DNA of 64,000 nt. Origin: Malacoraja senta (taxonomy: Eukaryota). The DNA is taken from contig CM075985.1 in assembly GCA_038087875.1 (NCBI GenBank), positions 39,370,001 through 39,434,000 on the forward strand, given 5' to 3'. The position numbers and the translations under genes are program-made. Below, piece by piece: positions 36,401 to 48,400 of the stretch. The first letter of the stretch is position 1, and the number at the start of each line of letters is the position of its first letter. The notes beneath the pieces are model-generated. The model saw only the letters and a program-made list of their open reading frames with translations. It was not told the origin of the DNA and did no database searches.

Positions 36401-39400
36401 TATTGAGGGAGTGCAGCGTAGGTTCACAAGGTTAATTTCCGGAATGGCGGTACTGTCACATGCTGAGAGAATGGAGCGGCTGGGCTTGTATTCTCTGGAA
36501 TTTAGAAGGACGAGAAGCGATCTTATTGAAACATATAAGATTATTAAGGATGTGGACGCGCTAGAAACATAGAAACATAGAAAATAGGTGCAGGAGTAGG
36601 CCATTCGGCCATTCGGCCCTTCGGCCATTCAATATGATCATGGCTGATCATCCAACTCCGTATCCTGTACCTGAGGTATCCATACCCCCTGATACCTTTA
36701 GCCACAAGGGCCACATCTAATTCCCTCTTAAATATAGCCAATGAACTGGCCTCAACCACCTTCTGTGGCAGAGAATTCCAGAGATTCACCATTCTCTGTG
36801 TGAAAAATGTTTTTCTCATCTCGGTCCTAAAAGATTTCCCCCTTATCCTTAAACTGTGACCCCTTGTTCTGGACTTCCCCAACATCGGGAACAATCTTCC
36901 TGCATCTAGCCTGTCCAACCCCTTAAGAATTTTGTAAGTTTCTATAAGATCCCCCCTCAATCTTCTAAATTCTAGCGAGTACAAGCCGAGTCTATCCAGT
37001 CTTTCTTCATATGAAAGTCGTGACATCCCAGGAATCAGTCTGGTGAACCTTCTCTGTACTCCCTCTATGGCAAGAATGTCTTTCCTCAGATTAGGAGACC
37101 AAAACTGTACGCAATACTCCAGGTGTGGTCTCACCAAGACCCTGTACAACTGCAGTAGAACCTCCCTGCTCCTATACTCAAATCCTTTTGCTATGAATGC
37201 TAACATGCCATTCGCTTTCTTCACTGCCTGCTGCACCTGCTGCCTACTTTCAATGACTGGTGTACCTAGAGCGGCGCTGCAGTTCTGCCACTGGCCGTGT
37301 GCGCGACTTTGGCGCCTCTGGGGGGGGGTGGGGGGGGTGGGATTGAAATGCCGTTTTCTCCTGCCTGTCCGAGATGGATTTCCTCGGCCTGCCAGCTGAT
37401 GCAAAAAAATAGTTCCGAGTTCCGTTCTCGGAAGTTAAAAAAAAAATCGCGGGACAATTTAATCGATGGAGTAAAATAAAAAAAGCTACTTCTAACGCCC
37501 TCAACGCCTACAACGGGACGGATCTCACGTAGGGGACAAAACACGGGGAAAGTCGTATATTTTACATATAAACTTGCTTCTTAGGATGACTTTAATCAAA
37601 AATTCCTTGGGGAAAATGTGATTTTGGCCCCATTTGAACCGGCAGTGTTTTTCCTGCCGATATGGGGTTCAAATTCACCGCAACTGCAACGTTCCAATCG
37701 ATCGCGTTCCACAAAAACCCACTCGCAAGATGATTTAAATGCCCATTAATTTACAGGAATTAAACATTAAATTCCTTCCATTTGGCCTATAAATTCATGA
37801 CCATGAGATTTTAAAATCATGTTATATTGTGAATTCTTGTGTGAATGTTATTTGGACACTTAGGCTATTTAAAAATGTTAACCTTTTCTTAAGAAATGGA
37901 TAGATGTTTAGATCTAGTAATTGAATTTTATAATTCGCTACAATTGGGTAACTAACTAATTATATGCTTTAATTTCAGGTCATCCAAGTAAGATTGTTTC
38001 ATATTTGTTTCAGAATGCTTCAATATATAATAACTGAAAATTTCATTCAGTTCTCTTAATTCTTAAGAAAGTTATGGGCTTTTGACTGTCCTCGATCACA
38101 GCTTTTGAGTTAAGTCTTGAGTAAGATGCTAATTTCAGAGTATGAAAATGGCCATAACTTTTTTAATACTGAAGATATGAAAGTGAATTAGGTGTCAAAT
38201 TAAACTTCTTTTTATGCTTTATCTGATGGGATAAATTACAGACTTGATTTGTAAAATCTCAATTTTGTAACATTGCTATACACTGCGCACGCATGGCAAA
38301 GGGCAACCCCCCCCCCCCCAACTGCGCAGGCACGGCTGACGGGCCCAGCAAGTGGGAGCGCACTGCGCAGGTGTGACTGCCGTGTTGATTCACAGTGTAG
38401 AGTATAAAGTAAATTAAAGTTTATTAAGGGAATTACTTCGTCAAATGGAACAAAACTTGCTACTGCACACCCCAGGCGTAAGGCGCCCCTAAAATTGTAG
38501 CGCTATCGTGTACCGTTTTGGCTGTATTTCGGGCATATACAGGCTTACATTTAGTCATTTTTAAAGTTTACTAGACCAAATGTCCTCCTCTCCCAACGCA
38601 ATATTCTACCACTCACCTATACACAAGGCGATGTTCAGTGAAAATGGCGATTCCGGCCTGGTAACCCACGCCCAACTGCGCAGGCGCCGCTGACGCAGTT
38701 AATAGAAAAAGAAAATAAAAGTTTATTAAGTGAATAACTTGGGAATTACTTTGTCAAATGGAATGAAATTTGCTATTGCACACCCCAGGGGAATGTTGAG
38801 TAAGGCGGGCCTAAAATTGTTGCACTATCCTGTACTGTTTTGGCTGTAGTCCGGGCACAAACAGGCATACATTAAAAAATGACATTTTCGTCTTTTTTTT
38901 GTTTTGTTTGTTTGTTTATTTTATTAGAAGTAAATACAATACAAAACAATACCGTAGTACCTAATCTTAGGTGCCAACTATGTCATAACGTAATACATTC
39001 TATGTACAACCTCTAATTTTACATTTTTGAAAAGGAAGTAAAAAAAATAATAAAAATAGAGAGAAGAAAAAGAGGAAAAATAGATAGTTGAAAATAGAAA
39101 AACGTGAGGTGTGTATATAAGAAAAGAAAAAGTAGATAGTAGAAAAAGGCCCTTAAAATAAATTTTCAAATCTTTGTTTGGAGATGTAAATCTATCCACG
39201 ACCTGACCTGAAATCAGTAATCTTTACGGTACTGCTGCATCACATGATTCCAAAAAGTCGATGAAAGGGGACCAACTCCTTAAAAATTGGTCATATTTAT
39301 CTATTAGGCAGAGTCTCATTTCTTCAAGGTGTGCTATGTCCGTCATATTCCTAATCCACATTTTAATAGTTGGTATAGCTGTATTTTTCCAAGATTTAAG

Positions 39401-42400
39401 TATAAATTTCTTTCCAAATATTAACCCATAATTAAAGAAGACTTTTTGGTCTTTGTTTAAATTGATATCTTCTACTATTATTCCAAATATAATCCATTCC
39501 GTATTCGGTTCTATTCTTGACTTGAAGAGCTTTGTAAATATATCAAATATATCGCTCCAAAATTTATTCAACTTTGTACATCCTACAAATGAATGTGTTA
39601 TATTGGCATTTTGAAACAAACATTTATCGCATCTGGGAGAGACGTTTGGGTAGAATTTATTCAACCTCGTTTTTGAATAATGTAGTCTATGTAATAATTT
39701 AAATTGAATTAAATTATGTCTTGCATTAATGGAACAATTATGTGTGTTCATCAGATACTTTTCCCATCTATCTTTTGGGATCTTTATCATTAGTTCATGT
39801 TCCCAATCTTCTCTTAGTGCCTCTGTTGAGGGTAATTCTCTAATATACTATTATAAAAATATGATATTAGTTTTTGTGTATCAGCCTTAATATTCATTGC
39901 TTCTTCTAAAGGGTCTAAAATATAGTTTGAAATCTATGTATATATTTCTTCATAAAGTCACATATCTGTATATATTTAAAATATTGATTATCATTCAGTT
40001 TAAATTTTAATTTTAATTGTTGAAATGATAACAATTTGCCCAATTCATACATATCTCCTACTTTCCTAATCCCCAGTCTATCCCATTGTTTATATGTTTT
40101 GTCGATAAGAGATGGTTTGAATGCAGGATTGTTCAATATTGGGGTTAGTACTGATAGATTATTTAATTTCAAGGATAATTTTATTTGTTTCCAAATTCTT
40201 ATTGTATTGTGAATAATTGGGTTCTTCTTATATATTATACTATTCAATTTTATCGGTGAGAACAAGATCGTTCTTATATCGTACAGGAAACACTCCTCTT
40301 TCTCCATTCTTATCCACTCCGACTGGTGAGTGGAACTATCCAACCAGTACATTATGTTCTTAATATGCACTGCCCAGTAGTAATACGTAAAGTTAGGTAG
40401 TGAGAAACCCCCAGCTTCTTTAGGTTTACACAAATGCTTTCGTTGAATTCTGTGTGCTCTATAATCCCATATAAAATTAGTGATATTAGAATCTAGTTTT
40501 TTGAAAAAATATTTCGGAATATATATTGGGATCGCTTGAAACAAATATATTAATTGTGGTAAGGTCATTTTTATAGCGTTAATTCTACCTATCAATGAGA
40601 GTGGGAGCATTTTCCAAAATTTAATCATAACATTCAATTTATTTAATAGTGGCGTAAAATTGGCGCTAAATAATGATTTGTGTCTTCTCGTAATTTGAAT
40701 ACCTAAATACTTGAATTTTTCTGTTCCAATTTTGAAAGGGAATTTTAATAAGTGTCTCGCATCCTGTGGTTTTAAAGACATAATTTCGCTTTTATTCCAA
40801 TTTATTCTATATCCTGAAAAAGAACCAAATTCCTCAATTAGTGTTAATAAGGTGGGGATACTCGTTTGTGTATTAGTAATATATAAAAGAATATCATCAG
40901 CATATAATGAAATTTTATTCTTTGAGTCCTTAGTATTATATCCGTGAATATTCGGATGATTTCTAATCCTTTCAGCCAGCGGTTCTATCATAAGGGCAAA
41001 TAGCAATGGTGATAAGGCACAACCCTGCCTATTACCCCTTGATAAATAAAATTTTGGAGATAACATATTATTAGTTAATATTCTTGCTGTAGGTTTATCA
41101 TAAAGTAGTTTAACCCATCTAATAAAATTCTCTCCCGTATTAAATTTTTCGAGTACCTTATATAAATACTGCCATTCTACCTGATCAAATGCCTTCTCTG
41201 CATCCAGCGTAACGACTGAAATATCTTCAATGTCCTCTTTGTGAGAGTACATTATATTGAAAAGCCTTCTCAAGTTATTAAATGATTGTCTTTTGGGTAT
41301 AAATCCCGTTTGATCCGGGTTTACCAATTTGTTAATATTCAGTCTTCTTGCTAGAATCTTTGCTAAAATTTTCTGATCCGTATTTAAAAGTGATATAGCT
41401 CTGTAAGAACCCGGTTCATCTAAATCTTTATCTTTTTTTGGTATAAGCGTTATTGTTGATTCAGCTAAAGTTTCTGGTAGTTTATTTTCGGTATAAGCCT
41501 GCGTGTATAAGTTGAGCAATCTTGGTACAAGTGACTCCTGAAATCATTTATAAAATTCATTACTAAAACCATCTGGTCCTGGGGTCTTCCCATTTTTCAA
41601 TGAGTTTATTATTTGTTTTATTTCTTCACTAGTAATCCGTGCTCCTAATTCCTCTTGTTCTAAACTATCCAATTTAGGGAGGTTGCAATTATCTAAAAAA
41701 ATTGTAATTTTACTATCATCTGTATTTATTTTAGTTGTGTATAAATTATGATAAAATTGGGCAAACCTTTTATTAATATCCTTTGGTAATGTTAGAAGCT
41801 CACCCTTATCAAATTTAATTTTAGTAGTAGTATTTTCCTTTTCTTGTTGCTTCATTGCCTCGCTAATAATTTATGTGGCTTATCCCCAAATTCGAAGTGT
41901 GCCTGTTTTGTAATTTGGAATAGTCTTATTACTCTACCCGATAATATTCTATTGAGTTTATATTTCAATAAGGTTATCTGATTATGTTTATCTATAGTTG
42001 GGTCACTTGCATTGTCCAGTTCTAGTGATTTTATTTCCTGTTCTATCCTCTGAAGTTCTCTTTTATTTTCTTTATTTTGATAACTTTGATAAGAGATTAT
42101 AGCACCGCGAATGTATGCCTTAAAGGTTTCCCATAATAGCGATACAGAAATACCCGGCGTCTCATTTATCTCGAAAAAAAATGTTGTTTGTTCTTTTATA
42201 TACTCATAACCCTGCGGGTTATTTAATATTTGTGCGTTGAATCTCCATAAAGGTTTTATACCCGGCATTCCCTCGATTTTAAGTATAAAAGCCAGTGGTG
42301 AATGATCGGAAATAATACTATTATGGTATGATGGTTTAGTCGTATACGGGATTAATTTTGTATCCAATAAGAAATAGTCAATTCGTAAATAAGTTTTATG

Positions 42401-45400
42401 AGCCGATGAGTAAAACGAATATTACATTCCAATTGGGTTTGCTATTCTCCAAACATCAGTTATGTTATTTTTTTTTATATAAGTATTTAAAAATTCACAG
42501 GTCTTAGTTTTAACTAGACGCTTCCCTACCTTTATTGATTTATCTAAATATGGGTCTATAACACAATTAAAATCTCCCCCCATTATTATATTTTGATAAT
42601 TATGCTCTGCAATTATATCTACTATTTTCTTTAAAAATTGGGGGTTATTAAAATTAGGCACATAAATATTTATCATAGTTAATGGTGTATTATAAATTTC
42701 TCCCGTGACTATAACGTATCTTCCCTCTTTATCAGATATGGACTTCTTTAATTTAAAAGGTATACCTTTCCGAATTATAATGGCCGTGCCTCTTGCTTTA
42801 GAAGTGAATGCGGAGTAGTAGGTTTGACCTATCCAGTTTGCCCTTAATCTGATCTGAGTTTGTTGTTTCAAATGCATTTCTTGTAGGAAAGCAATATCCA
42901 TGTTTAATGATTTTAATTGTGCCAGAATTTTACCCCTCTTAATTGGCTCATTCGTACCGCTAATGTTCCAACTACAGAAAGTGAGACCTCCGGTGTTTAT
43001 TCGACTATTATCTTGCATTGGCTATTATTACCAGAATGTATGATTCATGTGATGCAGCCAAGTACCTCGAAATCCCGAGTCCAGGGTTGTCCTTCATAAT
43101 TTCTGCACTAGTTTTACATCTCCTGACACTATTAAACATAATTAAGGGAAAGAGAAAAACATAAAATGAAGTGTTCATAAAGATTGTTAAATCATACAAC
43201 TCATAATAGTGAATAAACAAAAAAAGTGAGTGTAAGTTATCGAAAAAGCAATATCTTACAAAAAAAGCCACCTATGGTGGCTAAGATTAATTTTAAATTG
43301 ACCTCCATCGATGGAATTATGCACTGGGCTTTGCCCTCCTAGTAAAGTATCATCCAACATTAGTCGGTTTCCTCCACTTATAACCAAAATTATCATGTCA
43401 GGTCGATTAATAGCTAAAAAATTTAAAATAAAATAGAAGAAAAGCTAGAAGATTTAAAACAAAATAAAATAGAGTTATTATGGGTTAAAGTACCTCGTCA
43501 TTAATCACACTTTTCATTAGCCTGTATGTTAGTTAATTCATAATTAGTATTTAGAATATCTGTCTAACCTCCCCCATCCTTCCTACTATATAGTTAGTCA
43601 TGTTAGTATAATACATTAAACCTTCAGCGTTAATTAAGTTTATTACGTGTATATATAGTTAATTAGTTAGTTAGTTATATGCTGTATATGTAAATAATAG
43701 ATCATATAGTACTGAGACAAAGGCAGACCATCAAGACTGTTTTAAATTCAAAAAAGAACAGTCTAATAATTACCAGGGCTGAAAAACTTGGCACAGAGCC
43801 TGCGACCTTGAACATTCCATCTGTTGAGCCTCAGTTTTTCAGTTCAAGATGAAGTTAGGACTCTGTTATTAAAAAACACATTCTTGCCAGATAAGTCTGT
43901 CTGAGAACCGTCTGAACAATTCTAGTGTATCATTTGAAACAAAAAAACAATTTCAGCAGGCGTAATGCCTTATTATTCCGTTTTTCCTTGAATTTAATTT
44001 AAAATCTCCTGGGCATATTTGCAAGCTGAATCCGGATCCGTGAATGAACGTTGCTCAGCCCTGTACGTAATTAACATTTTAGATGGGTAGATAACGCCGT
44101 AACGAACTTCAGAATGTCCTTGTAAGATACTGCTTGCACTTTTAAACTGGCGTCTTTTTGCCAGTATTTCCCGAGGGTAGTCTCTGTAAAATCTAACAAT
44201 ATTATCAGCAAATGTAAGATTTTCTCCATAGGATATCTTCTTTAATAAATTTTCCAAAGTCAAAATGTCTAAGAACTTTACGATAATTTGACGTGGTGGA
44301 GCATTCGCTCCTCTTTGGAAGCGACCAACACGATGAGCCACATCTATCTTTGGTTTTTCTGGCAGTTTGAAAACATCTTTAAGTAAATTAGTGATAAAAT
44401 CACACATTTCAGAGCCGTGTTCTGCCCCCTCTTTAACTCCTATTATTCTCAAATTCTGCCTCCTTGACCTGGCTTCCAAATCTTGACATTTCTCATTCGT
44501 CATTTTTAAAGCTTACTAGACCAAGTGGGACCCGCTGGGTCCCTGTCACATGGGAGGCCTGGTCCCCAACGCAATATTCCACAACTTACCCAGAGCCCCT
44601 AACAGTGCTGATGTGGCAATAACCTAAAAAATAAGATCAATGTGAACGCACGTCACTCTCCCTCTTCAGTACCCTGTTCCCCTCATCCTCCCCTCCCCCA
44701 CTCCCTCCCTCTCTCTCCATCTCCTTTTCCCTACCCTCAGTCATTCCCTCCCTTCATAACCCCTCTAGCTCCCTGCTCCCCCACTCCTCACCTCCCCCCT
44801 ATCTCACATCCCCACAATGAAAATCTCCTTGACCCGGGTGCTGCTCTTCTCCCTCTCTGTGCTTTCCCTCCCCACGGGCTCAGTGCCGCTCCTCGGGGCG
44901 GGGGCTGTTGGGGGGGACTAATGGAGGGGGAGGGAGAGCCCTAGGCTGTGGCCTACCTTGCCCCGGGTGCCGCTCCTCGCCCTCACCGTGGGCCTGGAGC
45001 AGCAGTGAAATGGAAGGACACTTAGCCGTGAAGACGTTGTGTCCCCGTTGTGAGGCGAGGAAAAAAGGATGGCGGTCTGAAATTTTGCAAAGGCTGCGCT
45101 GGGAGGTCGGGGCTGAAATTCAGGATGGCATTATGACGTCTTTGAGGTGGAACGCTGGTGACGGGCAGGGCAAGGGAATTTTTTTTGAACGTGTTTTAAA
45201 CGTGAATAACTTGTAAAATATGGGAGGGAGAGAGAAAACGGGGAATTACAGATCAGTTAGTCTAACATCGGTAGTGGGGAAACTGCTAGAGTCAGTAATT
45301 AAAGATGGGGTAGCAGCACATTTGGAAAATGGTGAAATCATTGGGCAAAGTCAGCATGGATTTATGAAAGGTAAATCATGTCTGACGAATCTTATAGAAT

Positions 45401-48400
45401 TTTTCGAGGATGTAACTAGTAGAGTGGATAAGGGAGAACCAGTGGATGTGTTATATCTGGTCTTTCAGAAGGCTTTTGACAAGGTCCCACATAAGAGATT
45501 AATATACAAACTTAAAGCACACGGTATTGGGGGTTCAGTATTGATGTGGGTAGAGAACTGGCTAGCAGACAGGAAGCAAAGTGTAGGAGTAAACGGGTCC
45601 TTTTCAGAATGGCAGGCAGTGACTAGTGGGGTACCGCAAGGCTCAGTTCTGGGACCCCAGCTATTTACAATATATATTAATGATTTGGACGAGGGAATTG
45701 AATGCAACATCTCCAAGTTTACGGATGACACGAAGCTGGGGGGCAGTGTTAGCTGTGAGGAGGGTGCTAGGAGGCTGCAAGATGACTTGGATAGGCTGGG
45801 TGAGTGGGCAAATGCATGGCAGATGCAGTATAATGTGGAGAAATGTGAGGTTATCCACTTTGGTGGCAAAAACAGGAAAGTAGACTATTACCTGACAGGG
45901 CTCTCACTTAACTTTTTTTCCCTGTTGCCAGCCGGGCAACCTTGGCAGCTTTTTAGGTTGCCAAATGACAGTTTAGGTGGTCATTTAAGACGGCTTGCAT
46001 GACGCGTGCGATAATGTACTTGGACGAAGTGCGTAGTTACCAGTCGGAATTGTACTCAATGAAGCATTCACATATTCTGCTTCAAATAAAGTCACAAACT
46101 AAACATATTCACCAATCAAGACATGATATATCCCACAATGACATGCAGCAAAATTATAAGACAGTATCTCAACTCTTTTTACACATTGCAATTAATGCAA
46201 TTTCTATTAGTTCTTTCCACCTCCAAACAAAAATGTGGTTGGATTATTCAGCGTATGGCCAACCTGTGTCAATAAATCTTGGACCATGGTAACGTATATG
46301 CGTACGTATAGTTGTGAATGTTGCTCATTAAATAACTACAGTACTGATACTCCATATTAAGAGCATTGATTTGCCGTTAAATTGAATTCTGTAATAACGT
46401 GTCATCGGCAGCTGTGACAATCGAACACTGCGGTTTTAATGTTTCACGTGTTCACAATTTAATTAATCCATCTTTATGGATTAAAACAAATAATAACATT
46501 GGCAATTAAAACACATTTGATTGCATTCCATTATCAAACATAGTCAATGTTCGCTCTGAAGACATTTCCAGCACAATAGGGTCAGGGAGGGGTGTGTGTG
46601 TGAATCAGTGCGGGGTGGATAGATGGTGGGTGGGGGGGGGGGAGGGTTAGAAGGCAGTCGGTGCAGAATGGATGGATTGAGGCAGGTGAATTAGTACGTG
46701 TTGGTTGGAGTAGGTAAAATTGTGAGGGAGAACCAGGGATGTCAGTGGTGTTGAATGGGGGGGTTCAGTACGGGATGGATCGGGGTAGACAAAAGTGCTG
46801 GAGAAACTCAGCGGGTGAGGCAGCATCTATGGAGCGAAGGAAATAGGCAACGTTTCGGGTGGAGACCCTTCTTCAGACTGTTCCCCCCCATTCTTCTTGA
46901 ATGGGAGGGTCGGTACAGGATGGATGGGGGGGGGGGAGATCAGTGCAGGATGAATGGGGGGGTCAGTACAGTGGATCGGAGGGTCTGTGCAGGATGAATG
47001 GGAGATCACTACAGGATGAAGGGGGGAAGGTGCAGGGTAAATGGAGGGTGGGTCAGTACGGGATGAATGCGTGGATTAGTACAGGATGGATGGGGGATCA
47101 GTACAGGATGGATGGAGAAGTGCAGGATGGATGGGAAAGGGGTAAGTACAGGGTGAATTGGGGGACCAGTGTAGGATGGATGGGGGGGGGGGGTGGCAGG
47201 AGAATCAATGCGAGGTGGATAGGGTGATCAGCGCAGGATGAATAGATGGGGGGGGGGGGGTAGATGTGGAGGGGAGCACAGGGGATGTCAGTGAGGACTG
47301 AATAGAGGCGGGAATGGGGATCAGTGCGGGATGGAGTGGAGGGGTCACAGGATAAGGGGGTGGAGGGGGGGTACGAGAGAGAGGGGGGGGAGAAAGGAAG
47401 GTCAGCGCTCCTCGGACAACATCACCCCGCTGCCTTGGCCGCTGGGAACTCCTCGCCACCGCCTCCCTCATCCGCCAGCCAACAGCAAGGTGCGGGGCCG
47501 AGCGGTGCAGCTCAGAGATCCTATAGCTATAAGATCTTTGGTGCAGCTGCTTCAGACGAGTCGGAGCGAATGACGGGCCCTGCACAGCGGCAGCGACAGC
47601 AGCTCCATCTCCTCCTCCCGCCCGCCCTGATAAGGGCCTCGGCTTGCAAACCCTTAAAAGCGATAACCGCTTTCAAAACAAACCCTCCTGCATGCCGAGG
47701 CCTCCCCCTCCCTCCTGGGCTCGGAGTGCGGGAGGGTTTGTTTTGAAAGCGGTTATCGCCGTTAGCGGATTTACAAGCCGAGGCCCTTATCAGGGCGGGC
47801 GGGGGGAGGAGAAGGAGATGGAGCCGCTGTCGCGGCCGCTGCTGCCGCTGTTCGGAGCCCATCATTCGCTCCGACCCTTCCTCACCCTCGCATCTAGTAT
47901 CTTTTCCCCGCACGACAGCCGCCGCCGACACGAAACGTCACGTTCCTTTTCTCCAGAGATGCTGCCTGACCCGTGGAGTTACTCCAGTTTTTTGTGTCTA
48001 TCTTCGGTACAAACCAGTATCTGGTTGGCAAGCCGGGCAAAATGACTTGGTGTTTAGGTTGCACGGCGGCGCTTTGAGTGGTCAGTGGCACCCGGGCAAC
48101 CGCTAGTTTTGAGCCCTGCCTGAATGGTGGCCGTTTAGGAAAAGGGGAGATGCAACGAGACCTGGGTGTCATGGTACACCAGTCATTGAAAGTAGGCATG
48201 CAGGTGCAGCAGGCAGTGAAGAAAGCGAATGGTATGTTAGCTTTCATAGCAAAAGGATTTGAGTATAAGAGCAGGGAGGTTCTACTGCAGTTGTACAGGG
48301 TCTTGGTGAGACCACACCTGGAGTATTGCATACAGTTTGGTCTCCTAATCTGAGGAAGGACATTTTTGCCATAGAGGGAGTACAGAGAAGGTTCACCAGA

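Larger units (their letters stand above)
32690..36570 (+). mobile_element. Long CR1 LINE (endonuclease to RT), frameshifted and interrupted by Penelope and hAT-MITE insertions
   Basis: EN motifs ([16 protein letters not shown]), then 34793-35524 ([15 protein letters not shown]), 35645-36109 ([13 protein letters not shown]..) and 36045-36371. Confidence 0.92.

Noticed and set aside
37263-38283. ~1-kb repeat-like segment interrupting a CR1
   Set aside because: Looks like interspersed-repeat DNA, but I found no TIR, TSD or coding motif, so it is left unclassified.
44501-44503. ATG called as the start of L1 ORF1 (MTNEK)
   Set aside because: It lies in the target-site duplication; ORF1 is truncated within the coiled-coil region.
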